Shown: positions 13,670 through 26,819, counted from the first letter of the stretch. The stretch is DNA of 60,000 bases from Botryllus schlosseri (GCA_051294905.1 CM119371.1:12216001-12276000), one strand, 5' to 3'. Numbers and translations are program-made. Notes: generated by a model from the letters alone, not told the origin.

Positions 13670-15980
13670 AGCTATGAGATAGACCACTCGTTATTCATGT
13701 TGACGCCTGTAAATTTGATATCCCGAAATTACAAAATACAGTAATGGTTGAGACATATTTAATATTTATTATATCACCTCCTACATTTGCCACAGTGTGT
13801 AGGGATGGGTGTAATTGCCTCACATACCGCCTGTATATATGGACGTAAAAAATTTGTCGCTGCAAATACCACTGGCTTAGTTCGCGCCCATGCCATGTTT
13901 AAAATCCTTAAAAATCTACGCAGGCTATATGTGTACAGATTGACATTATGAATCAGCCAATTTCCACATAACCGTGATAGTGTAGCGGGTATAACCTCTA
14001 TATGTCAATTATCGCCACAGTCTTAGCGAAAACACGGTGTATTTCCTCCAATGTACCGTGTAGATATACACCCTTGGCACACAATACCAGAATCTACCTC
14101 AGACTTATACCGAGGTATAAATCGAGTACCACATTTCAATCCAAATTGTGCTTGCACGTAGGAACGTGAAATTTATGACCGCGATAGAATTCTGAGTTAT
14201 CTTCTGTTTTCGACCCTTTGGGTGTGAATACACATTCTATTCGCTAACGTTACAGTCGCTGCACCAAGTCGTTACTCCTTGTAATGTTTTGTTATAAGGA
14301 CTATGTTTTAGTGTAAGAATCCAAAGGACATGTTTACGACCTTCATCGTTGTTTACAAATATCTTCGTTCATGTACATAAACTTACGTAGGGAACGAAAT
14401 TTAAGAGTGTGAAATGGTGCCATCAGAATTATATTATGAACATATAGTTACTTCAAACGTTGAGGATTACTGTATGTGCGTTTGCATTCGCACCGAGATC
14501 AAACAGATAGGTTGTTGAACAGTACGTTCTCTCCGTTATGCGAGAGAAATCGAAACAGGAGTCAAAATTTGACTGGAGACTTCCTACCCCAGATTATGTT
14601 AAGCCTCGTTAATAAATTCCCCGTGCATGGTATAAATAACACGGTCGAAGCGATAACTCGACAGTACGTGCCTCGTATAGCACCGGCAGAGAGGTCTGCG
14701 TAAATTCAAGCTAAAGCGACAACACGATGACTTAAATTAGAATGCTGTTCAGTATTGATGGTGTTTCTGCGTGATGAAATTTTACACTATGCCTATTATC
14801 TTATTGTGATTCATGAGCTGGCGAGCTGTAGCACGACCCACTTTCGTCACCAGCTTTTTGTCGGACACCGATTTTGTGGGTGGGGTGGCCGGCAGAAACA
14901 TTCAACGAGCGAAGTAACGTAAATTCTAAGAATTTGTTGCAATTTGATAGATTTATGGCAATGAGTAGAGTACGATATCAACTTTGATCGCGAACAATTT
15001 GATGTTTCATTCGCAAAAGAGTTGCATAACCAAAAGTCTTGATATACTTGATTCCTATGACATTTCGGTTAGTGTACAGCGAAATACTCGAGACATGCCA
15101 TTTTCGGTCTCAAAACACCCGTACGGACACATCTGGAAAGCATAAATCACGGAAATCTATAAAGTGGGATTCCAATGTTGAAATTTTATCATTCATGGTC
15201 CAATAACGCAACATGCATAGTATTTTATATCCATCGCGGGTGGGAAATTCATACCGGTTCTGTCATTGCTATTTGCATCAAAGACGAGATCGTGCTGTCT
15301 AGCTTTCACGGAGGCTTCGTGTAGCGTCTCTGTCGAGTGATAAGTTTCTATGCGTCGGAGGGTTGTTTAGGCTTCTCATCGCTGCTATCGCTGTAGAACT
15401 AGCGTAAAGCTCAGAGATAAAGTCAGTCGAGCTGCTAGCTGGCAGTAGAGACCTGACAATGGACACGCGAAAATTGGGTTGAGAATGCGCGAGGGCGAAG
15501 TCCACAAAACATTACGAAAAGTCAAGTTGAACATTTTGTTAAACATAATCGTTTGAAATGGTAGCACGTAGCACACATAGATATTTTCACAAATTTGCTG
15601 CATAATTCCATATTTTACCCTTGAGCTTACCTCAAACGTACCTGACTATACGCAAAATCAAAAACCAATGGCACAGCTACATGCATTCAGCAGTTAGACT
15701 TCATTCATGGAGATCTTCTGATTGGTGCAAGATTAGGTATCAGTCAAAATTTAGTATCAATGTCCAATTATGACATTTAAAATGGAAATATGGTTAAGAA
15801 TATTGCCATTGTTGAAACTTGGAAGTTTTAACACAAATTTAAGTCACCCCGAGTTCAAGAAACATCATTTCCGTCAGGCGGGTTCGCACCTCCATTCACC
15901 TGCTTTCTCGCCAGCAGTTTAAGAACTACACTGATATAGAATGTGTCGAGTCATATGACTTGGTCGAATCTCGATCTATC

Positions 15981-16262
15981 TTGTTTGTTTGTTTGGGGGT
16001 ATTACCGGTGCTTGTCGACTACTATGGTCATTGGTAATTTACACCAGGCCGATATTCTTCTTATTATCCGTAACTGCCGACTTATAACACGGCCCAGCTC
16101 TATGCTTTTTGTAAGGCACCGCTGACGCGGATAGGGAGGCGTGGAGGAGCCTAGGTAAACCTCCAACACTCAGGTATCGGAATTCGGAACTCGACCTCGG
16201 TCGGACTCGAACCCGCACCATTGGTGTTGCAGCCGCGGATTATACCACTGTGCTATCTCGCC
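15981..16262 (-). mobile_element. tRNA-derived SINE (family 1)
   Basis: On the minus strand it begins GGCGAGATAGCACAGTGG (A box) and contains GGTTCGAGTCC (B box), ending in a (CAAA)n tail. A second copy lies at 56865-57147. Confidence 0.85.
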
Positions 16263-18045
16263 ATATTCGATCTTTCTTATTTCAGGCCTCGTCGCAATCT
16301 TCATTCCTACTTTGAATTCGTCCTTGAACGGGTCGGCCTTCGTTGTGAGTCCGATATAAGCTCATCGACGTACGGGAGAATCTCAAATACCACTGACGCT
16401 AATGAACGTGCTCACCCGAGGCCCCCGCTGTCGATGGTGTTGGAATGCAAACGCACCCTCATATATAGTAGCATTTATATAACTAAACAAAACACAATCA
16501 CCCGGGTAATTTGGCTGTGATGTTGAGGTCCGAACGAAGGTGTTTACCTTTCTTCGAGTCGTCTCCATCAGAACCGCGGTCCGAACAATGACATGTCGCA
16601 ATTAGATCACACTTGTCCCATTCCCAAACATCGTTGTGCCAAATCTTGCGGTCGAGGTATTGCTGATATCGCTTATTGTGATTCCTTGAGAAGCCTTTTT
16701 ATAGGACGACCCACGTTCGTTCCAGACTTTTCGTAGAACATCACTTACGCATAGTGGTTAGCGCATAAGAGTTGATATTAACATTCAGCACTTCGGAAGA
16801 GACCGTGGGGTAAGCCTTGGTCGGACTCGGATACTAGGACCCGCAACTCGTTGGTATGGTAGCGGTAAAACGTTTTCTTGCGTTAATTCGCAGTCAGGTT
16901 ACTCGAAGTGCACGGTTGCCGATAACTATTTTTCCATTTCAAACGGTGCCGCGAGGTCAAAAAGGTTGAGAACCGCTGGGTCAAGGAAACACGACCTCTA
17001 CCGCATGGTGCTTTATTCCCACAACTGAATCTTGGGATGATCAGTGAGATGCGTGAGGAAAAAACATTTAGCAACCCCGGTAATATTATAAAATTTACCG
17101 CAAATAAACCGGACGTGACACCCATGTTTGTTTTTCAGGCGTAATAAAATCCAGTAGCAATTTCTATTGAAAATTTGCTTTTCGAACAAAAGTGATACAG
17201 GCCATCGATGACCAACTTAAATGCTAACCTAGAGTTATCTCCCAATGTAGCGTGTTTCGTAAACTGGTGAAGGGTAGAACCCTGATATTCGGTCGGGAGA
17301 TGTCTACATTTTAACTTATAGCAATCGTGGTAGAAATGGTAAATGGTCAGGTAATTAGGAGAGCATAAATAGTTTTAGTAATCTATCCGGGCTACTTTGT
17401 CGATGATGGGATCGCACCGATGTTGTCAACGAAATATCCGACTATGCATTGCAGGTTTAACAACAAGGAATAATCATCATTTCATAATATGTCACATACG
17501 TGTATTTCTCTTACGCAAAGCTTGTGTGGCAAATGCAACATCGTGCTATAGGTTGGCTGTTAAGTAATCAAGTATAAATGTTCGCAAGAGTCTGCCGTAT
17601 ATTGAGATTGCGTACCTGTAGCATACGTCGAATCAATTGTCTGCGCTTAAATAACTGCGTCAACTTGTAACTAGGACCGGACAAAGTCGGATACCGCAGT
17701 GATTTGAAACCGCAACTAGTATTCGAATATCACAAATTATATGTCTTCCTACTAGTTAGGTAAACACGCCATGATCAATTATGTGTATATATTTTGTGAC
17801 CAGTGACCACTGTGAAATATTCATAGTAACATGCCAGCCATATGTTACCCCAAACAGTTTAGAATTCCATAGATAAATCATAGTCTGGATTTGTGACTTG
17901 GAACTTGTGTGGATTTTGAATGCGGTATTTTATGATTTAAGAACTTGATAGCTTTCACGGCTTTTCTAACGTCCACTTACACATGAATATAACCTTGTTT
18001 GCTACACGAGCTTTCGCATCGCAAGTCCTTCATCATGTGTTAAAG

Positions 18046-18516
18046 CAGGGGGGGGGGGACATACGGTCCGCGACGACGTTGTGAGCAGCCCGCAGACAGT
18101 TTCCGGTCTCACGTGATAATGTGGTCATGTCCCATGTCTACATTACATTCGCGAGCAAACGTTTTTTGAACATTAACGAGACAAAGCTGCGTTCCAATCT
18201 AACTGATGTTCACGTGCAATCGTTACTAAGGGTTGCTACGTACGACATGCATCCAGAGTTCAAAGAACGTGTCGACAACTTTGATCTACCACAGATGTCT
18301 CATGACTTCAAAAGCTCCTGAAGCACATTACGGTAATAAATTCATTGGGTGCTTTTTGGTCTCTATGAGTTAAACATGAAGTTCACAATAAATACGAGTT
18401 GTTCCTTGTATATAGATCGATAAATACACGATTAATGTATCCATTTAATAATCCGCCCGCCAAGTAGTTAATTTTCCCATATTAGGCCTACCGACGAGAG
18501 AAGTTGCCCGCCCCTG
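18046..18516 (+). mobile_element. hAT Charlie/Buster deletion derivative retaining the transposase C-terminus
   Basis: Ends CAGGGG.../...TTGCCCGCCCCTG, imperfect TSD TGTTAAAG/TGCTAAAC. ORF 18121-18321 (LNINETKLRSNLTDVHVQSLLRVAT...PQMSH) matches the C-terminal pattern of Buster/GTF2IRD2-type transposases. Confidence 0.8.
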
Positions 18517-18937
18517 TGCTAAACGAAAGTATGGTTCTGTTAGACATTGTACAACGGTTCGTTGTTACTCGAGAGTTTCAAAATAATGCTGTTCGGCTGT
18601 GATAGCAGTCTTGTCCTGCTTACGCTATGAAGCACATTATACTCAAGACCTCATGTCGACTCGCTTCACTGGAAGACTATCATACTCTACCTATACGATT
18701 TCACATTAAATATCTATACAAAATTGGCGTTGATAATGATAACGTCACGGATTTCACGACGCTATGCCTCAATTAGTACGAATTTTATCTATGCGTTTAA
18801 GTCGTTCTATGTTTCCAAGTGAGCCATTGCAGATTTTGGTTCTTTTTGCTCCACGTCGGACTGGATTCGTTATTGATCACTTTGATAACGCCAAGTATCG
18901 ATTCACAGATTACGTTAGATCCATAGAACTCTTAAAT

Positions 18938-19020
18938 ATGGCAAGATCAACGCTGATACTGATGACTGTTTGTCTGATGGCTGTCTTGCTGTGTCATCAC
19001 GGAGTCGAGTCCAGTTGCTC
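18938..19020 (+). CDS. Exon 1 of putative secreted peptide precursor (signal peptide MARSTLILMTVCLMAVLLCHHGVES|SC)
   Basis: ATG at 18938, with a basic n-region, hydrophobic h-region and V-E-S cleavage site. Consensus donor GTAAGT at 19021, phase 2. Confidence 0.75.
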
Positions 19021-19179
19021 GTAAGTGTCGTTACATTATTTTTCCGTTAAGTTGACGTGATTCTACGCCTGGGAATGTAGGGTTGCTCCCGAAATTCAAA
19101 GTAGTCAGCGTTTCTAGGCAAGTGGAAGTAGAAGAAATGGCGAAATTCATACTCAAGTATCATTCAAATTCACAATTTA

Positions 19180-19494
19180 CATGACACACTGGAAAGGAGA
19201 GGACGCAATGTATTATGTCCTTGATGTGTTTGTGCCGTATACACCGACTCACGTTCTATGCATATGCATACCATGAGGGCATGATGTGCATATACCGCTG
19301 GACAAGGAAAGTATAGATGTAGTCTTGTAAGGCTTGCACAACCCCACCATGCTACCCCGGTAATGCTTTGCGCCAAGAGGGAAAGTCATGGATACCAGTG
19401 TTACTGATCAGGTCTTTGGTCTGACCCGGACGGTGATTAAACCCAAGACCTATACTGACCAAGAAGCCGGACGCTTCACCATTACGCTATCTCG
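19180..19494 (-). mobile_element. tRNA-derived SINE with a Meta-like central domain (family 2), in intron 1
   Basis: The minus strand reads CGAGATAGCGTAATGG (A box), a degenerate B box, then GGTCAGACCAAAGAC...ACTGGTATC...CTTTCCCTCTTGGCGCAAAGCATT. A related fragment lies at 37399-37505. Confidence 0.6.
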
Positions 19495-19739
19495 TAGGTT
19501 GAAGTAGTTGAATTACATTGTTATTGACCAAGTCTGCTTGAGATTGGACAGTGTTTTCAGTCTGAAATGTATTTGCCGACTGTCCGTGTTAATACCAACG
19601 TTCTCGCCTAATAAATCATAGAAATATTAAGAATACGATAAGCTTACCCACGCTGCCTATATTTCACGTAAAGACGAAATGAACAACAGTAGAGCCATTC
19701 GCCGTCCAATCCAAATTTAACCCGAGCTTATTTTTTCAG

Positions 19740-19768
19740 GCATTTCGATTGTATATTTCAAGGAAGAA
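19740..19768 (+). CDS. Exon 2 (29 nt; S-HFDCIFQGR) of putative peptide precursor
   Basis: Acceptor TTATTTTTTCAG and donor GTGAGT. Phase 2 in and phase 1 out are compatible with exons 1 and 3. Confidence 0.7.
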
Positions 19769-21832
19769 GTGAGTGACTCTCTACAATCTTCGAACTTAAT
19801 GTTATAGGCGTTTAAAAACTAATATAGATGTTTGTGCCTGGAATTGTGTACCAGAAATTGCAGTGGGACTTGATATGCACCCCGAATTATTTAGCGAATA
19901 TAGCGAATATTTAATATTTCATTTCCACCAGAAAGCGTTGGTGACTTCATACTTTCGCCGCGCGGTACTCATGTGACGTTCTGGACGTAAGGGTATTCCC
20001 ATCTCCCCGTTTCCACTATCTCCATCCTCTAAGTCGTATTTAGAGGAGTGCCTTCTAGGTGGAGGAGATAGAATTTCGTACGTAATAAGATACATTCTAA
20101 CATCAGTCAAAAGCATTGCTGGTTAGGAAAATACCGAGTTGTAAACATATGTCAGCGGTTCTTTACGGCTTCCAAATATTCATTCGTTACCATTTATCAT
20201 CATAATGCGGATTTAAACGTCGCGAAGGAATCATTCACTGTGTTTGCATTGGTTTTATGTCTGCTGTAAGATGGATAAAATTCCCGTGTCTCACTGACGC
20301 ACATATAATACCGTAGACCAAACATATATATTGGCTATGTTAAGAGTAGGCATATAAGAGTCGTGTGCACCTTTCAATACATGACAGTAAACACATTGTC
20401 ACGTTTTATAGTCGTAGAATCGATGTTTTTTTAGTGCGTTGGGAAATGTTCTTTCGACAACAATAACCACGTCCTAATATTATATACGACAATTTTGGAA
20501 AATCTATAACTTGGACGACCATGGACGAAGCAAATTGTCACAGGATCTTAGGAACTTATAACAAGTCGTTGGAAGATGGTAAAATATCCGAAGTCACGTT
20601 TCCGACCCTAATGGCCCATCATTCGCATCCCGTATTGTCGGACTTCAAAGGGACTTTTCACCGTCCTTTGTGGTTTTGCAGAACGGAACGCAAATATCAT
20701 TGACGGAGGGGTCGCATCATGCATAGCCATCCCTGACACTGCACAGAATATCATCTTATGATCACGCCATATTCCATTCCCTGGTCAATCACCCGTCCGT
20801 GTAATTATAGCGCAACTAGGCCTAATCTACTTGAATATTACGGTAAATTGGGCGTACTATTTTGCTTCCACCTATGGCAAGCAAGTCGCTTTGTCATTCA
20901 CAACCGGAATAGCGTGATACTTGAATCACATCTTTGAAGTATCAGTGTAATACATGACGATACAAAATTTACCTTGCGTTGATTTGTATCTTTTGCTACA
21001 GCCTTGATGCAGCTAGTAATTTTGATCACGTGGTTGTTGCGACTCTAGAAATTGTCCATGACTTCGATACGTTTACAGTTGTAGAGAATATCTATACCAG
21101 TTGTGTCAAACTCAACTTGTGTCGTGGGCCAGATTCAAACCTTCCGATCGCTTGCGGGTCGCACCAGTAAAATGATTCCAAAATATTGCCTCAAAACTCA
21201 TGCCATTGTTTCAATTTGAATACTTTATTATCAAGCCTATCACTTAATATAGTAGGCATGTATCACATTATATAACGGATTACAGGGGTCCTATTCTAGC
21301 TACACTTTTATTTGGAAGCAATGGAATATGGTGAATACGATGACAAGGGGGTTTAATACAGTTATAAATGGCTAAAACTGAGGCTCTTACGGTGATATAA
21401 ATTGTTAAATTTCGATGCACCCTTTGATTTAGTCGTATACTGGCGTCAGCCCTGCGTGTGCGTTTTGAGTAATACAAGAGTTGCCCCATATATTTGAATT
21501 GTATTTCCGCATAAATATATTAAATTCTTCATGTAACCTGCATATAAAGATTTCGCAATGGCGCTTTCGATTCTGTGAATAACTAGTTTAGGGGATCTTT
21601 TTCCATAAAACTCTAAGCGCTGCATGGACTTTTTTGCCTTCTCCAAATTGGGTATCAACGTCAACGACTTGCTCCTAGTGGTGACTAAAGTGAAATCACA
21701 ACACCACTGTCGGATGGTTATGGTCTATCAACATAAACATAGCCTAATTTACATTTGCTGTCGTGAGGAATTATTGAACGGAAGTAGTTCTTACTAAAAG
21801 TACCATTACTAGCTGTTAGGAATATGCTAGAT

Positions 21833-23375
21833 CAGGGGTCACCAACACGCGGCCCGCGAGGTCATATTTTGCGGCCCGCGGCCCGATTTGGAGAAATTTC
21901 GGAAGAACGCTCAGCGAACCATTTCGAAATGCCGAAATTGATTTCAGTTTAAAAATATTGTTGTTGTTGTTCAAAGTAAGCCATTCTACTGCGCCCAATA
22001 TCACTATTCCGTCGGTTCGGCATGGTAATATCATTCTATGGAGGAATAATTTGCTGATATGAATGCGCATATTGCCTTGGCGTGAAATGGCCAACCACTG
22101 CCAAGACCGGGAGGCTTGATAAACGACATCGGGCTCTACAAGAGACCATGCTTTACAAGTAGATAGTGTTCCAGCAAATAGGCTACCTTGTCTACAACTA
22201 ACCCCAATATCGCTTCTTTATTCCTGGGGCGGCCAATCTACGGCAGTAGAAGAAAAATTATGCGGGCGTCGACACTCAATTCAATTAGGACGTGTTCGCG
22301 GCTATCAATATTATGCTAATTGAATTTACGAATTGACTCCCTAATTAATGAAAGGCTTGAATTATTCTTGAAATTTTCTTCGCGAGTTGATTTTTGATAT
22401 TAATATAGCAGTGTCCATTGTAATCTGAGTCCCACAGTACAGATGCGAACAGCAGAGAAAAATTATGCGCCCCCTAAAGAAATACCAATTTTTAATCGTG
22501 TTCTCCTCATCCCGAATTAATTTTCTTTCTGGTAGGCCTGCGTTTGGGCGAATCCAATATATTTCCACTATAACGACAATTCTAATGGGAGGCCAAGAAA
22601 TAACTGCATGCAACATAAGAGACTAATGAGGATTGGCCCACCCAAAGATGCACCACAGCATTAATAATAATAAATAATAATAAATAGGTTTTGGAAGACA
22701 CCCCCTGCATAAACTCTACCGGTGAATCTGACCAAATGGGCCGAGAAAGGATGAATTTTTGATATTAATATGTGAAACAATACCAATAATACAATGAAGA
22801 AATCCACTCATGAACATGAAAATTTTTTCGCGCTTCGCGCAACTACAGTATCCGAATCCCTGTTGCTCATCTTCACTACATATTCACGATCTCGGTGCCC
22901 ATAGTAAGCCGGTATGAGTAAATAGATTTGTCAGGAGTGTACCAGCAATGGACATGGTGAGTTTAACGTAGATATTTGGCCCCAGCTTCTCTATTACTAT
23001 GCACCGGAATGCGGCCGCGGGCTACATGAATAATCGAAACGCGGCCGTGAATACCAAAAAGGTTGGCCACCCCTGTTTTGGTTGCTACAGAATGTCGTCA
23101 GGTATCGTGCGCAGCTCATTGTTCAAAATATAATGAAATTGATGAGCATGATATTTTTTTTGTATTTGTGTTTTTTCAATAAAATATTATTCATTTTGTG
23201 GTGACTATGCCCATCGCCCATGTAAGAGAACACAGCATTGTACTTACGTAGAGTTATCACACATGATTGATAAGTTGCGTTGGCTATGTTAATCTCGATA
23301 TTGAAGTCATGCGGCTCGCGGCCTCTAGGAATTTTGAAAAGTGGCCCGCGACCCATTTTGAGTTGGCGACCCCTG
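21833..23375. mobile_element. hAT MITE with perfect 8-bp TSD, containing a nested MITE (~22223-23075), in intron 2
   Basis: TIRs CAGGGGTCACCAAC / GTTGGCGACCCCTG, with TSD TGCTAGAT on both sides. It is probably itself inside an older element at ~21098-23482. Confidence 0.9.
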
Positions 23376-24288
23376 TGCTAGATAATATATTCATGTTTTA
23401 ATTTCCTCAAATTGCTTCGCGGCCTGTATGAAACCGTCAGGCGAGCCGGATGCGGCCCGCAGGCCATATGTTTGACAACCGCGACACCACCTATTGCAAG
23501 TGGGAAATATACATGCTCGCATACCAAAGACCAAATAAGCATGGACTGGACGTTATCTACATCCTTACCATTGGTCGTAACCACGAAATGGGGCGAGAGC
23601 GACATCTTGCGACATTATTATTATCGTTGCCATGAAAGTCGTTGTAAAGTCGTCACTCGTCATCACAAGGGCTCGCCAAAACCAAGTACCTGACTGATTT
23701 TATTCCGAATCGTTATGCTTCAAGTCGATCATTCGCTTCTTATCACTAATCTTGACGTCATGATATCACAATTGACCTGGAACGTTCAATTATGCACCAT
23801 TTATTCGACCACAAGGAAAATAATATCAATTTGTTGGTAGCCTATTTAATAAACAGAAACTAGGTGCTTGTAGCCGGTTGGTCTTTTGCACCACGGTGAA
23901 CGATTGCGTACCAAAAAATGCACCCCGATCAATAGTAAGAAAATGAATAATGCCAAATACACACGTAAAACATACCTATTTCGTAGCACTGAGGATATAT
24001 CAACTGTTAACTGCGTAGCATTATGCTATGAGTTTTGGATTCTGTGATGCAACCGAACTAAGTTGGTGGGTACGAAGGTATCAAAACTATGCGTGATCAA
24101 GAAAGGCCTGCTCGAAAGAATGGTTCCCGCCAACCGACTCGATTCATTTCTCGGTTGGAACTAGAGAATACCTCGATTCCTTGTGAGACCCCCCTATATA
24201 ATTATCACACGCACCACAGCCAAATTCCCGCGCGAGCTGTTATCAATAGACGAATGCTTGGTTTGAAACGACTGTTTTCTTTTCGCAG

Positions 24289-24491
24289 ATTTCATCGGCC
24301 GACCACGGAATCCGCCAAAATATAAACCACAAAATGAAAAGAAGTCGGATTGGGATGAAGAAGTCATTGCTGCTCTTGCGGATGACAACATGCCTATTTA
24401 CAAGCAGGATGAATTCTTAGCGCCATGGCAGTCGGGAATAACAAATCCGAAATTCAAAAGTTACCAAAACGATTACCGGAATATCGATTGA
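24289..24491 (+). CDS. Exon 3 (terminal) of putative peptide precursor: NFIGRPRNPPKYKPQNEKKSDWDEEVIAALADD...YRNID*
   Basis: Strong acceptor TGTTTTCTTTTCGCAG, open in the required phase to TGA at 24489-24491. The spliced CDS is 315 nt (104 aa). Confidence 0.7.
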
Positions 24492-24663
24492 ATTTAAAAG
24501 CCTTAATGTCTTTCTTCTAATCTGCATCTTCTCCCGACCGGACGTGTTTGTTCGTATGTGTTGAGCTGGAATCGTTGTGAAATATATATGCTGGTTTGTG
24601 CCGATGACACCGCCTTGTTAGTCGCGTACAATGGTGGAGATTTCAGGTTAGATCTGTATTTAG

Positions 24664-26121
24664 CAATGTTGGGATCAAGTCACTACGTTCGAGTCACGAG
24701 TCATCTCGTCATTGGACGTTTAGACTCGAGTCCAGCAGTCAAGTCACTCGATTTTCGAAGGTGACTCGAGTGAAGTCAAGTCACTCGATTTTTGATGGTG
24801 ACTCGAGTCAAGTTCAGTCAAGTCAAGTCCCGGGTCAAGTCACAATTAAAGTCAAATTGATTTTTTTAAGTAAGAGGGATGATCAAAATTCGTTACATTT
24901 TGCTAGCTGTGTTACAGGCAGGGATGCAACCAAGTCACAAGGTTGCGAGTCACGAGTCAAACTCCCTTTTATAGTTTTTACTCGAGTCAGGTCGAGTCAT
25001 TTTCAATTCACCACCAAGTCAAGTCCGAATCCAAGTCACGGAGTAGAGTGTCGAGTGCGAGTCATAGTGTTTTGACTAGAGTCCGAGTCCAAGTCATTGT
25101 GTTGACCGTTCAGTTCCGGTTAATGTCATGTAAAACGCACTTTATACAACTCTGCTACGGGATATCGAATGCTTTCCATTCATAATATTCTAATTTTTCT
25201 CATTTTAAACAATTTCTGGTAGCATTTACAAGTACCAGTACTGATAGACGAAATAATAATAGTGTCATAACTCTACTATTCTTCGAAATTACATTGAAAT
25301 GCCTGTTTTGGTAGACCCAGTCTCGAGTCATATGACTTGTTCCGAGTCATGCGCAATGACTTGAGTACAAGTCGAGTCAATACACAAATTGACTCGAGTC
25401 GAGTCGAGTCATTTTTCATTTTTAAGAAAATGACTCAAGTTAATGCGAGTCACCAAAATCGCGACTCGAGTCATTACAACCCTGGTTAAAGGCATATTAA
25501 CTTGCCATTTATCTAAAATCATATAACGAATATAAAGTTAACTAAATATGCAAAAAGGTGTTTGTTGTCACGCACACGTAGCACTGCTAATAAAATAGGT
25601 GATTAACTGTATGCTAAGTCTGTTATTATCAGCCATAATAGAGGATCGAATACGAAGCCTAGAGAAGTTGAAACAAATTAATATGGTCTAATACACTGCC
25701 TATCTACATATCCGTGAGAATATAGACGCATACACTATATTTGTTCGATTTAAATCGTACAAGAGGGTTGGTAAAGGTGAGCACTGAATCGACTAAGAAA
25801 CAGAGATACGTTGCTATCAGACTAATCTACTACTGCTAAGGTAACGTAAACTGTAATTATTTTGTTTTCGGTCAATTTATTTGTGATGTAACAATGGAGG
25901 ATCAGTGAAACTTACAAACAGTGAATGACTGGTTCCTCTCACAAGTGACACCTGCGTATCGCGAACAATCCGAAAGTACATACGATACAGTGATCCAATC
26001 GACACCGTTTACTTGATGACTTGAATTTTGCTCCGAATCACGAGTCAACCCCATTTCTGAAGCGCCGTGTCAAGTCAAGTCAAGTCATACGAAGAAGTTG
26101 ACTCGAGTCATCCCCACACTG
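24664..26121. mobile_element. hAT (Ac-type) non-autonomous element with GACTCGAGTC-rich ends, hosting a nested element
   Basis: Ends CAATGTTGGGAT / ATCCCCACACTG, imperfect TSD GTATTTAG/GCGTTTAG. A related left end lies at 56549. Confidence 0.7.
24919..25484. mobile_element. hAT MITE (CAGGGTTG family) nested in 24664-26121
   Basis: Ends CAGGGATGCAA / TTACAACCCTG, TSD GTTACAGG/GTTAAAGG. Colinear with 30282-31384. Confidence 0.85.
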
Positions 26122-26819
26122 GCGTTTAGACGATGATAAACATTTTTGATGCTCGCAGTTTGAGCCTTATGGATATCAGAATTAGGAGAGGATAGCGATG
26201 TCGCCGATACAATATATTCTAGAAGAAATAGTCAAAATTTTCTGCCGATATCAAAATGTCACATATTACAACTAGACCTTTTAATTAATTAGTTGCGGTG
26301 ATTTGAAACTGATGTCTTATATAATCTTCATATTCATGCAGCAAAACTCCAGCTGAGTGCAAAAATATAGCAGCCTACATACAATTCCAAATACATGTAG
26401 TTAAGGACACAATATTCACAGCGTTTTCACCTATAAGTGAACTTTTATTGTATTGTGTATGGTGCTCATAAACCAGTCCAGTCGCACTGATGACCATGAC
26501 CATATCACTTTCAAACAATTGTGAGGTTGACGACCGGAGTTGCCCCATCCCGATATTTTCATGAAGACACATATCCCGAAATATCGGTCGGAATCTAGTT
26601 ACTGCCGCACCGATTCCAAAATATATGATTTCGCCGTTGACGTTCAATGTACTTGGTCATTTATTATAGGGTTTATTACTCCATAGAGCTGTGGCAACTG
26701 TAAGTATGGTGCAAACCCCTTAAAGGCTCTGTTGAACGAGAACCTTTTGAAAGGATCTATCTATGACTCAGGGGCGGGCAACATATATATTTAGTTTTTC
26801 ATATTATATTGATCACTCA

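Noticed and set aside
493..15605. Numerous 60-130 aa ORFs in the track
   Set aside because: Lengths are compatible with chance, there are no motifs, and many overlap MITEs.
16190..16262. tRNA gene
   Set aside because: No complete cloverleaf or acceptor stem. It continues into a shared body and tail found in a second copy, so it is a SINE head.
16437..16790. Possible solo LTR (TGTTGG start, TATA-like motif on the minus strand); similar suspicion for ~35116-35525
   Set aside because: No matching TSD or second copy could be identified.
18764..19024. 86-aa single-exon ORF from the track
   Set aside because: Only the part from ATG 18938 looks real. Its TAA stop lies inside the GTAAGT splice donor.
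24664..25484. GACTCGAGTC arrays (also 30282-31384, 37835-38030, 39710-39888) as CRISPR-like arrays, and their SRVKSS-rich ORFs
   Set aside because: There is no constant repeat-spacer period and no cas genes, and the context is eukaryotic. They are hAT subterminal repeats bounded by TIRs and TSDs.
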